A stretch of DNA of 32,000 nucleotides from Erysipelotrichaceae bacterium (GTDB lineage: Bacteria > Bacillota_I > Bacilli_A > Erysipelotrichales > Erysipelotrichaceae). Location: NCBI GenBank assembly GCA_963663995.1, contig OY760660.1, positions 1,500,001 through 1,532,000 on the forward strand, written 5' to 3'. Shown here piece after piece: positions 24,507-32,000 of the stretch. Each line of letters begins with the position of its first letter. Position 1 is the first letter of the stretch. The notes under the pieces were generated by a model, which saw only the letters and a list, made by a program, of their open reading frames with translations, was not told the origin of the DNA and did no database searches. The position numbers were made by a program, and so were the translations under genes.

Positions 24507-25184
24507 ATGTCTTACAAATATATCAATTTCAAATCATTAATTCCATATCTTGAAGGACTCAAACTACAAGCTATAGCTTTTGATAAAGTATTAAATCAAG
24601 AAGCGAAAGGCATATTGTTGATTCTTGAACATGAAGCTGTTTATACCATTGGTAAAGATGGTGGTTGGAATAATTTGCTTGAATCAAAAGATGTTTTGAA
24701 TGAAGAAGGAATTGATGTAGTGGAAGTGAATCGTGGAGGTAATATTACTTTTCATGGACCTGGACAGATTGTTTTATATCCCATCTTAGATTTGAATTAT
24801 TTGGGGAAAGATATTCATTTATTTATTGACAATTTAGAGAAATCGATTATTGAGACACTAAAAAATTTTGATATTGAAGCTACTCAAAAACCAAAGTATC
24901 GAGGGGTGTGGGTAGACGATCAAAAAATAGCAGCGGTAGGTGTTCATATATCAAAATGGATTAGCTCACATGGCATTGCTTTTAATATTAATGTGGATAA
25001 GCGTAATTTTGATCGAATAACTCCTTGTGGCTTAAAGGATTTTAGAGTTGTTTCATTGGATGAGTATAAAGGAAGACAATCGATTGAAAACATCAAAGAA
25101 TTGTTAATTCAAAGTTTTGAATCAATATTTAAACTAAAGTTTGAAGAAACAAGTGAAGATTACTTAAGTGAGGAAAATAGATGA
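24507..25184 (+). CDS. lipB: Octanoyltransferase LipB
   Basis: [38 protein letters not shown] (catalytic Lys) and TPCGL (catalytic Cys). It overlaps the lipA start by 4 nt. Confidence 0.85.
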   Translation: MSYKYINFKSLIPYLEGLKLQAIAFDKVLNQEAKGILLILEHEAVYTIGKDGGWNNLLESKDVLNEEGIDVVEVNRGGNITFHGPGQIVLYPILDLNYLGKDIHLFIDNLEKSIIETLKNFDIEATQKPKYRGVWVDDQKIAAVGVHISKWISSHGIAFNINVDKRNFDRITPCGLKDFRVVSLDEYKGRQSIENIKELLIQSFESIFKLKFEETSEDYLSEENR

Positions 25185-26050
25185 GCACTGAAATAAAAAG
25201 ACCGGATTGGTTAAGAAAGAAAATATCTCATGTCGAGAATATAGATGAAACTTTTAATATCCTAAAACGTTTATCACTTAATACAGTTTGTGATAGTGCC
25301 ATGTGTCCTAATATTGGTGAATGCTACGGCAATAAGACAGCCACTTTTATGATATTAGGGAATGTTTGTACGCGTGTTTGTCGTTTTTGTGCAGTCCCTA
25401 AAGGGCGAACGGAAATGGTGGATGTTGATGAACCCAGACATATTGGAGAAGCATGTAAAGAATTAGCTTTGAAACATGTTGTCGTAACATCGGTAACACG
25501 TGATGATTTAAAAGGTGGGGGAGCTCAACATTTTGCGAATGTTATAAACGAAATTCGGAAAAGTAATCCAAAAACGACGATTGAAGTATTAATTCCAGAT
25601 TTAAAAGGTAACTGGGATGCTTTAAAAATAATCGTAGATGCAAAACCAGATATCATTAATCACAATACTGAAACCGTTAAAAGTCTCTATTCAGTGGTTA
25701 GACCTGTCGCTATTTACGATCGATCACTAGAACTTCTAAAAACAGTGAAGGAAATGGATCCTAATATCTATACTAAATCAGGCATAATGGTTGGACTTGG
25801 ATAAACAGATCCAGAAGTATTTACTTTAATGGATGATTTAAGAAAGAATAACGTTGATATTATGACGATTGGCCAATATCTACAACCAACATCTAAACAC
25901 TTGGATGTAAAAGAATATGTACATCCAGATAAGTTTGAATATTATAAAAATATAGCAGAAGAAAAAGGTTTCTTATATGTTGCCTCTGGTCCATTTGTGA
26001 GAAGTTCATATAATGCGGCGATTGGAATTGATAAGGTAAGAGCTTTATAA
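25181..26050 (+). pseudogene. lipA: Lipoyl synthase LipA interrupted by a single in-frame TAA (25802-25804)
   Basis: ORFs 25181-25804 and 25829-26050 are in the same frame. The read-through translation is ...[37 protein letters not shown]...[10 protein letters not shown]. The stop replaces the Glu of the conserved GLGET motif (GAA to TAA). Both Cys motifs ([12 protein letters not shown] and CTRVCRFC) lie in the N-terminal part, and the RSSY motif lies in the C-terminal part. Confidence 0.8.
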
Positions 26051-26053
26051 AAG

Positions 26054-26088
26054 AAACGGTAAGCTACCTATAACTTACCGTTTTTATT
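26054..26088. terminator. Bidirectional terminator between lipA and the convergent oxidoreductase gene
   Basis: Stem AAACGGTAAG (26054-26063), 10-nt loop, stem CTTACCGTTT (26074-26083), with an A-run on one side and a T-run on the other. Confidence 0.65.
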
Positions 26089-27323
26089 TAATATTTCTGA
26101 TCTTGAATCATCCTTAATGTATATATAGTACTATCTGTATCAAAAATAAGGTCATCATAAGTAATAAATGTTCCTTTTTTAATACCTTTTTTAACTCGTA
26201 CATTTTCGGATAATAAACCTATTGGAACATAATTGTTTTCTAAGGCTTCACTATGCTTCGTTATAACACCTCGAAAGCAATAACCACCGATATAATCTAA
26301 TGTTTCATTTTCCACTAAATCTTTTTTAGCGACTGCGACAGTATCTGAAAGCTGATTAAAATAAGGGGCAATTGCAGCTTCTTGTTTTAAGTAAGCTTTA
26401 GCGATTGTAAGAGGTGTTTCAAGTGAGCCTAAATGATAGGGACGATAGAGGATTTGATGATCTTCAAAGTCTTGCATCATATAATGGAGTTCTTCGCTGA
26501 CGTAAGGATTTTGTCCTTTGACAATGACGAAGACACCTGGGGCAATCCCATCAACATACTCAATGACTCCATATTGGCTTAAAACGCCATTGTCTGTTCG
26601 TAATTTTTGAACGGTTTCTTTTAAATTGGCTTTAACACCATGCATGCCAACTCGATCTGGAATAAAACCAATTGAATTAGAGAGTAAGGTCATTTCAGCC
26701 ATTGTTTTTGTACCGTCGGCAAAAGATGCTAACATATGTGCGCTCATTTTTCTTCTTTGTGCTTCTTCTAAAACAGTATCAGGATTGGCTTCTAAACGTA
26801 TTTTGTTGTTTTTACCTTTACCAGCCACTAAGACTTCTAAACCACATGCTTTCGCAAATTCATACAATTCGACAATTGCGGCAGGTTCATCACCATCAGA
26901 TCCCGTATAAACAAGCCCAGCATTTTTAAACTCATGATAGAAGTAAGTGCCGACAGTGATATCCATTTCAACATTTAATAAAACAATCGACTTATTGGCT
27001 TTTAAACATTCCAAACAGATATTTGCGCCAGTCTCTGGATGTCCAGTCGCATCTACGACAATATCAACATCGTTATGTTGAATTAATTCATGATAGTTTG
27101 ATGTGATAAAAAGATCGTGTTCTTGATTTGAATAGTTTTGGTAAATTTCTTTTGCCTTCTCAGCTTTTGAAATTGTTCGATTACAGATAGCGGATACAAT
27201 CATGCCATTTAAGGTAGCGATTTGTGCGACTAAACCTAAGCCCATTTGGCCAACGCCAACGATACCTACTTTAATGGGTGTATTGTTTTTTTCTAATTTT
27301 AATAAATCTTGATAGATGCTCAT
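26088..27323 (-). CDS. NAD(P)-dependent oxidoreductase, homoserine-dehydrogenase-like with a C-terminal SAF domain (COG4091-type), copy 2
   Basis: 411 aa, collinear with the protein at 14395-15639. Identity is roughly 55-65% by eye, and very high in the central YTGSDGDEPAA...VLVAGKGKNNK...FADGTKTMAEMTLLSN block. Confidence 0.7.
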   Translation of the reverse strand: MSIYQDLLKLEKNNTPIKVGIVGVGQMGLGLVAQIATLNGMIVSAICNRTISKAEKAKEIYQNYSNQEHDLFITSNYHELIQHNDVDIVVDATGHPETGANICLECLKANKSIVLLNVEMDITVGTYFYHEFKNAGLVYTGSDGDEPAAIVELYEFAKACGLEVLVAGKGKNNKIRLEANPDTVLEEAQRRKMSAHMLASFADGTKTMAEMTLLSNSIGFIPDRVGMHGVKANLKETVQKLRTDNGVLSQYGVIEYVDGIAPGVFVIVKGQNPYVSEELHYMMQDFEDHQILYRPYHLGSLETPLTIAKAYLKQEAAIAPYFNQLSDTVAVAKKDLVENETLDYIGGYCFRGVITKHSEALENNYVPIGLLSENVRVKKGIKKGTFITYDDLIFDTDSTIYTLRMIQDQKY

Positions 27324-27336
27324 TTTCCCTCACAAT

Positions 27337-27348
27337 TCACAAATGTGA
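27337..27348. promoter_or_regulatory. 12-bp palindromic operator-like motif, site 4 (TCACAAATGTGA), with an adjacent extra TCACA half-site
   Basis: Perfect palindrome 14 nt upstream of the start codon of oxidoreductase copy 2. A further TCACA at 27330-27334 abuts the RBS. Confidence 0.35.
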
Positions 27349-27435
27349 CAATACTATTTTATTTGTCACTAATGAAAAAGCAAGTAAATGTTTTAATAGG
27401 AATAGAAATGACAGCTTAAAACAGGGTATTTCCTA

Positions 27436-27464
27436 TTGTTTATGAAAAGTAAGAGTGTTATAAT
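27436..27464 (+). promoter_or_regulatory. Sigma-A promoter of the rpsF-ssb-rpsR operon
   Basis: TTGTTT (27436-27441), 17-nt spacer, TATAAT (27459-27464), preceded by a TG (extended -10). Confidence 0.5.
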
Positions 27465-27537
27465 CTACAACGGGTAGATATCCTATATATTTACTCCTTG
27501 CCTGTACAAGGCCAATAGACCATAAGGAGGTGAACAC

Positions 27538-27825
27538 ATGAGAAAATATGAAATCATGTACATCGTTAAAGCAGATTTAGACGATGCGTCACGTCAAGAA
27601 TTGGTTGACCGTTTACACGCTATCATCACAAATGATGGTGGACAAGTAACTAAGGTCGACGAATGGGGGATTAAGGAATACGCTTATCCTATCAATGACG
27701 AGACAAAAGGTTATTACGTGGTTATCAAAGTTGAAGCTAAACCTGAAACTTTAGATGAATTCAATCGTTTAGCACGTATTGAAACCAATGTAGTACGTTT
27801 CTTAGTTGTAAACGAAGAAGAGTAG
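27538..27825 (+). CDS. rpsF: 30S ribosomal protein S6
   Basis: MRKYEIMYIVKADLDD...EWGIKEYAYPIND, 95 aa, strong RBS AAGGAGG. Confidence 0.95.
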   Translation: MRKYEIMYIVKADLDDASRQELVDRLHAIITNDGGQVTKVDEWGIKEYAYPINDETKGYYVVIKVEAKPETLDEFNRLARIETNVVRFLVVNEEE

Positions 27826-27838
27826 GAGGATCACATAG

Positions 27839-28288
27839 ATGTTAAATCGTGTTGTATTAGTGGGAAACTTAGTAAGAGATCCACAGTACAGTAAAACTCA
27901 ATCCGGTATCTCGCTTGTTAGATTTACAGTTGCGTGCAATCGTACGTTTAGTAAAAATAATGAAGCAGACTTTATTGGTTGTATCGCTTGGCGACAAACA
28001 GCTGATTTTGTAAGTCAATATGTCAAGAAGGGTAACACTGTTGCGCTTGAAGGACGTATTACAACTGGAAGTTATGATGATCAAAGCACTGGTAAAAAGG
28101 TTTATACAACCGAAGTAACCGTCGATAATTTACAACTCGTTGGATCACGTGCATCACGTGAACAACAAAATAACGAAACTCAAAGCACGTCGACTGGCTA
28201 TTATGCCGATGTCGATAGTAAATCTGATGATGTAGATTTCGAAACTGGACCATTACTTGATATCTCAAGTGATGACCTTCCATTCTAA
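27839..28288 (+). CDS. ssb: Single-stranded DNA-binding protein
   Basis: [18 protein letters not shown]-fold N-terminus and the acidic C-terminal tip DDLPF. Confidence 0.95.
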   Translation: MLNRVVLVGNLVRDPQYSKTQSGISLVRFTVACNRTFSKNNEADFIGCIAWRQTADFVSQYVKKGNTVALEGRITTGSYDDQSTGKKVYTTEVTVDNLQLVGSRASREQQNNETQSTSTGYYADVDSKSDDVDFETGPLLDISSDDLPF

Positions 28289-28302
28289 AGAAAGGAGTTC
28301 TC

Positions 28303-28533
28303 ATGGCATTTAGAAAACAACGTGTAGGCCGTAAAAAGGTCTGCTATTTCACTAAAAATAACATTAAAACCATTGACTACAAAGATACGGAGTTATTAAA
28401 ACGCTTTATCACAGCAAATGGTAAAATTATTCCAAGACGTGTAACTGGCACAAACGCAAAACCTCAACGTATGTTAGCAACAGCTATCAAACGTGCTCGT
28501 CAAATGGCATTATTGCCTTACGTAGCTGACTAA
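28303..28533 (+). CDS. rpsR: 30S ribosomal protein S18
   Basis: 76 aa with [15 protein letters not shown]...[19 protein letters not shown]...[19 protein letters not shown]. Confidence 0.95.
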   Translation: MAFRKQRVGRKKVCYFTKNNIKTIDYKDTELLKRFITANGKIIPRRVTGTNAKPQRMLATAIKRARQMALLPYVAD

Positions 28534-28544
28534 TTAAAAACATA

Positions 28545-28583
28545 CCTTCACCCGTCAATACACAAGGGTGAAGGTTTTATTTT
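28545..28583 (+). terminator. Rho-independent terminator after rpsR
   Basis: Stem CCTTCACCC (28545-28553), 12-nt loop, stem GGGTGAAGG (28566-28574), then TTTTATTTT. Confidence 0.75.
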
Positions 28584-28591
28584 ATAAACCT

Positions 28592-29494
28592 ATGAACAAA
28601 AATAACGTACGAAAAATCACACAAGGCGCAATGATGTTAAGTATCATTGCAGTATTTCTTATTATTAATCTGCAAACAGCAGGTCTTTTAGAGTTGTATG
28701 CAGTTTGGCTTTTACCATTGCCTTTTATTTTTTATCAAGTCCAGTATGGATTTAAGGCAACTTTAGTATTATCAATCGCAAGTTTGATTATTGGTTTCTT
28801 ACTTGGTTCAGTTATGACTCTCTTCTATGTCGCAACAGCAATCGTTGTCGGATTAGTTTATGGTTATGGCGTATCTAAAGATAAGGACAATGGTTGGTTG
28901 TTGTTTTTTACGACAGTCGTCACAGCCATTAGTATGTTCTTAGAAATGTATGCATTTGCGGCTTTCTTTGGATATGACTTAGCTGCTGAAACACATGAAA
29001 TTGTTGAAGCTTTAAAGAATATAGAAGGATTAATTATTCCAAGTAATTTAGAAAGTTTAGTTTTAGGAATTTATCCAGTTGCTTTACTCTTTATGTCATT
29101 TTTGCAATCTTTAGTGGTGCATATGTTGTCAATATTACTGTTGAAACGATTAAAGATAAAGACACGAAAAATGAAAGATTTAAGTAACTATCGTTTACCT
29201 CTTTGGGCAGGTATTTTATGTCTAGTTGGTTTATTTGCAGGATCAGCTATTAAAAGTCCTTCAGCATTGGTGACACAGTATTTAATGTTAACCATTACTG
29301 TTAGTACTTTAGTAATCTTAGTTGATGCATATATTGTTGTTGTCCTAGTCGCTAGAAAATATAAAATGAGATGGTTACCATTACTGTCTGTTTTATCGAT
29401 TGTATTCTTGCCAAGTATGGGTATCTATGTTTTCATAGGAGTAGGTTTACTTGATTCTTTAACAGATTTTAGACAAAGAGTTCTAAAGATATAA
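28592..29494 (+). CDS. yybS: DUF2232 (YybS-like) polytopic membrane protein
   Basis: Multi-TM protein located immediately upstream of gdpP, as in B. subtilis yybS-yybT. The start is moved to the ATG at 28592 because the GTG at 28568 lies inside the rpsR terminator stem. Confidence 0.65.
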   Translation: MNKNNVRKITQGAMMLSIIAVFLIINLQTAGLLELYAVWLLPLPFIFYQVQYGFKATLVLSIASLIIGFLLGSVMTLFYVATAIVVGLVYGYGVSKDKDNGWLLFFTTVVTAISMFLEMYAFAAFFGYDLAAETHEIVEALKNIEGLIIPSNLESLVLGIYPVALLFMSFLQSLVVHMLSILLLKRLKIKTRKMKDLSNYRLPLWAGILCLVGLFAGSAIKSPSALVTQYLMLTITVSTLVILVDAYIVVVLVARKYKMRWLPLLSVLSIVFLPSMGIYVFIGVGLLDSLTDFRQRVLKI

Positions 29495-29504
29495 GAGAAA
29501 AATT

Positions 29505-31460
29505 ATGTTCCATCATTTCAAAAATATTAGACCCTTATTATGGAGTATTATCACTGTTGATACAGTGCTTTTAGGGATACGTTTTGCATTACAAATTCGT
29601 TATCACTGGACTTTAGATATTGGGATTGTTTTAGGTAATATCTTAATGTTTTTGTTTGTGGCGGACTATTATGAAGAACAAGCACAACAAAGACAGTTTA
29701 GTATTTCAAACGTATTAGGTAAAAGTACATTTGATGCTTTGTTGTTTGGTGATGTCGGGCTAGTTGTTTATAACGATGATTTTGAAATCATGTGGATAAG
29801 CGATTTGTTAGTCCAAAGAAACTATCAAGTCATTGGTCAAAAAATTATGCAGTGGTTACCTGAAACAAAGGCGATTTTTAATAATGAAGCTGAAACCATT
29901 CGTTTAAATATTAATGAACATTCTTATGAAGCAACGAAAGTTAGTGGTGCTTCTACATTGATTTTAAAAGATATTACTTTCTTAAATGAAACTTTAATTG
30001 AGTCACATGATAAACAAATTGTATTAGGAATGGTTCACTTCGATAACTATGAAGAAACAACACAATTTGAGGATGAACATCGTGTCACATTAATTGATTC
30101 TAGAATTAGACAAGCTGTTTATACTTGGGCAAGTGAAATGGGTATTTTCGCTAAACGTCTTAGAAACAATCGAATGATTTTAGTGTTAGATGAAAAACTA
30201 TTCCAACTTGCTTATGAAGATCGATTCTCAATTGTTGATACAATTAGAAAAGAATCTGAAGATTTAGATATTGCGATCACATTATCAATGGCTTTCTCGC
30301 GTGGAAGTACCAACTTTTCTGACTTAGAAGATATGGTTAATCAAGCCTTAGACTTAGCGCAAAATCGTGGTGGTGACCAAGTTGCGATTAAAACTTATAA
30401 CGAAGATGTTATTTATGTCGGTGGTTCATCAGAAGCACAAGCAAAAAAATCAAAAGTTAGAGCACGTGTTATTGCCCAATCATTGCGCGAAACGATTTTG
30501 AATAGTTCTAATGTCATTGTGATGGGTCATAAAGATATGGACTTTGATTGTTTTGGATCAGCTTTAGTTATGAGTCGTTTTGTCTATGCCTATCAAAAAC
30601 CTGTTGGCATTGTATTACACGGTGAACAAGAAGAAAAATTATCAAGTTCATTTGCTAAACATAAAGATGAATTAGCGCTTTATCATAATTTTATGACTGA
30701 GCATCAAGCGCGCCAAATGATAAATGAAGATACACTTTTAATCCTTGTTGATCATCACGCTGAAAGCTATACACAAGTACCTAAGTTCTTACACGAAGTT
30801 AAACATATTGTTGTTTTAGACCATCATCGTCGTAATCAAGATTTCACGTTTAATCCAATGTTGGTCTATACAGAAACTTCAGCTTCTTCAACTAGTGAAA
30901 TGGTGGCTGAACTGATTTCATATCATCAATATACAGTCCCACTTACTCCAATTGAATCTACTTTTATTTTCACTGGTGTTGTGGTTGATACAAATCGTTT
31001 TAGAAATCGTAGTGGATCACGTACCTTTGAAGTAGCCAGCTTACTTAAAAAATATGGAGCTGATAGCGCTCAAAGTGATGAATTCTTAAAGGATAATTTG
31101 CGTGACTTCCAACAAAAATCTGCAGTATTAAGTCATCAAAAAGTAATTAATAATTCACTTATTATTACTTATGCAGCTGATGATCTTTACACTAGTCGTT
31201 CGATTATTTCACAGGTTGCAGACTCATTATTGTTGGTTGAAGGCATTGAAGCTAGCTTTGCGATTGGTCGATTAAATGATCGATTAGTTGGAATCAGTGC
31301 GCGCTCAAATGGGAATGTTAATGTCCATGCTATAATGGAAAAAATGCAAGGAAGTGGGCACTTTAATGCAGCTGCTTTGCAACGAGAAAATACAGATGTA
31401 GAAAGCCTTTTAAGTGAACTTGAAAGTACGATTACTGATATACTTGAAAGTGAGGAATAG
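29505..31460 (+). CDS. gdpP: Cyclic-di-AMP phosphodiesterase GdpP (2 TM, PAS-like, degenerate GGDEF, DHH/DHHA1)
   Basis: 651 aa with N-terminal TM helices and DHH motifs ([27 protein letters not shown]). A DHHA1 GGGH-like motif ([10 protein letters not shown]) is present. Conserved position between yybS and rplI. Confidence 0.85.
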   Translation: MFHHFKNIRPLLWSIITVDTVLLGIRFALQIRYHWTLDIGIVLGNILMFLFVADYYEEQAQQRQFSISNVLGKSTFDALLFGDVGLVVYNDDFEIMWISDLLVQRNYQVIGQKIMQWLPETKAIFNNEAETIRLNINEHSYEATKVSGASTLILKDITFLNETLIESHDKQIVLGMVHFDNYEETTQFEDEHRVTLIDSRIRQAVYTWASEMGIFAKRLRNNRMILVLDEKLFQLAYEDRFSIVDTIRKESEDLDIAITLSMAFSRGSTNFSDLEDMVNQALDLAQNRGGDQVAIKTYNEDVIYVGGSSEAQAKKSKVRARVIAQSLRETILNSSNVIVMGHKDMDFDCFGSALVMSRFVYAYQKPVGIVLHGEQEEKLSSSFAKHKDELALYHNFMTEHQARQMINEDTLLILVDHHAESYTQVPKFLHEVKHIVVLDHHRRNQDFTFNPMLVYTETSASSTSEMVAELISYHQYTVPLTPIESTFIFTGVVVDTNRFRNRSGSRTFEVASLLKKYGADSAQSDEFLKDNLRDFQQKSAVLSHQKVINNSLIITYAADDLYTSRSIISQVADSLLLVEGIEASFAIGRLNDRLVGISARSNGNVNVHAIMEKMQGSGHFNAAALQRENTDVESLLSELESTITDILESEE

Positions 31461-31462
31461 AT

Positions 31463-31906
31463 ATGAAAGTTATCCTATTAGAAGATGTTAAAAAAGTGGG
31501 TAAAAAAGGAGAAGTGTGTGAAGTCGCAGATGGCTATGCACGTAACTTTTTAATTCGAAATAAAAAAGCTGTTGCAGCTACAGATCAAGCAAACGCTATC
31601 CTTGCTCAACAAAAAGCAGATAAAGCTCAACAAGAAGCTGACGATAAAAAAGCAGCTGAAGAACTCAAAGAAAAACTAGAAAAACTAGTTTTAAAATTTA
31701 GTCTAAAACAAGGTGATAAAGGTCGCGTTTTTGGATCGATTAGCACTAAGCAAATTAGTGATGATTTAAAGAAAACGCATGGATATGATGTGGATAAGCG
31801 CAAAATGCATGGGGAAGCCATTGTTTCAATTGGCTTTAGCAAAATTCAAGTTGAGCTTTATAAAGGTGTTGTCGCAACCCTTACCATTGAGGTCAAACCA
31901 CAATGA
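31463..31906 (+). CDS. rplI: 50S ribosomal protein L9
   Basis: [31 protein letters not shown], 147 aa. Confidence 0.95.
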   Translation: MKVILLEDVKKVGKKGEVCEVADGYARNFLIRNKKAVAATDQANAILAQQKADKAQQEADDKKAAEELKEKLEKLVLKFSLKQGDKGRVFGSISTKQISDDLKKTHGYDVDKRKMHGEAIVSIGFSKIQVELYKGVVATLTIEVKPQ

Positions 31907-32000
31907 GTCAGACTCTACCTAATAGTATAGAAACAGAACAAGCGATGTTGTCCAGTATGTTAGCTTACCCTAACTCTGTTCAAATTGCTTCTGAATTAGC
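31903..32000 (+). CDS. dnaB: Replicative DNA helicase (DnaB/DnaC), N-terminal fragment running off the window
   Basis: ATG at 31903 overlaps the rplI stop (ATGA). The translation is [32 protein letters not shown], containing the typical P..xEAEQAxLGsML helicase N-terminus. Conserved position after rplI. Confidence 0.75.
   Translation, partial: MSQTLPNSIETEQAMLSSMLAYPNSVQIASEL

Noticed and set aside
25802-25804. Stop-codon reassignment or programmed readthrough as an explanation for the in-frame TAA in lipA
   Set aside because: TAA is used as a normal terminator by many genes in this window (for example ispD, srlB, the E2 gene and rpsR). No other gene shows internal stops and no recoding signal is evident. 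A point mutation or sequencing error is simpler.
25829-26050. Independent 73-aa gene downstream of truncated lipA
   Set aside because: It is in the same frame as the upstream lipA ORF and has no RBS. Its sequence is simply the C-terminal third of lipoyl synthase, so it is treated as part of one interrupted gene.
28568-28591. GTG start at 28568 for the YybS-like gene
   Set aside because: It lies within the 3' arm of the rpsR terminator hairpin. The ATG at 28592 is the first start outside the terminator.
1-32000. Search by eye for CRISPR arrays, tRNA/rRNA genes, prophage or defence-system genes, and toxin-antitoxin pairs
   Set aside because: I noticed no spaced direct-repeat arrays, cloverleaf-like sequences or nuclease/ATPase defence-type ORFs. 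Every sizeable ORF has a metabolic, regulatory, ribosomal or IS assignment.

Overview
This is an AT-rich chromosomal segment (roughly one-third GC by eye). It uses the standard genetic code and comes from a low-GC Gram-positive (Bacillota-type) genome. It is dense in genes and mostly metabolic, and I saw no rRNA, tRNA, CRISPR array, prophage or recognisable defence genes.

Blocks in order:
- (1) 1-7282 (+): a tightly coupled operon. It holds a partial SDR, MarR, a FakA-like Dak2 domain fused to a full DegV domain, DUF1295, DUF2177, a YbgA-like DUF523/DUF1722 protein, a stand-alone CarH-type B12-binding module, and a FtsX/MacB-type ABC pump.
- (2) 7398-11650 (-): a cobalamin riboswitch followed by a DUF4430 protein, an ECF-S-like membrane protein, a PduO-type adenosyltransferase and the class II (B12-dependent) ribonucleotide reductase NrdJ.
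- (3) ispD, followed by an IS1182-family element inserted exactly into a bidirectional terminator hairpin.
- (4) A glucitol/sorbitol PTS locus (srlB, gutM, srlA, srlE). It lacks the usual SDR sorbitol-6-P dehydrogenase and instead carries a homoserine-dehydrogenase-like/SAF-domain oxidoreductase.
- (5) lipL, a SorC-family regulator, an E3-E1alpha-E1beta-E2 acetoin/pyruvate-type dehydrogenase operon, lipB, and a lipA interrupted by one in-frame TAA.
- (6) A second, diverged copy of the SAF-domain oxidoreductase.
- (7) The conserved rpsF-ssb-rpsR-yybS-gdpP-rplI-dnaB block.

Most noteworthy observations:
- The B12-photoreceptor-like module has no DNA-binding domain and sits inside an operon of photo-oxidative-stress-type membrane genes.
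- The fused single-chain fatty-acid-kinase-like protein.
- A 12-bp palindrome, T[A/C]ACA-AA-TGT[T/G]A, is shared by the promoters or leaders of both oxidoreductase paralogues, the sorbitol locus and the SorC-family regulator gene.
- The riboswitch/NrdJ regulatory paradox.
- The lipA nonsense codon.

All functional calls come from reading the translated ORFs and the DNA by eye. No database search was run.
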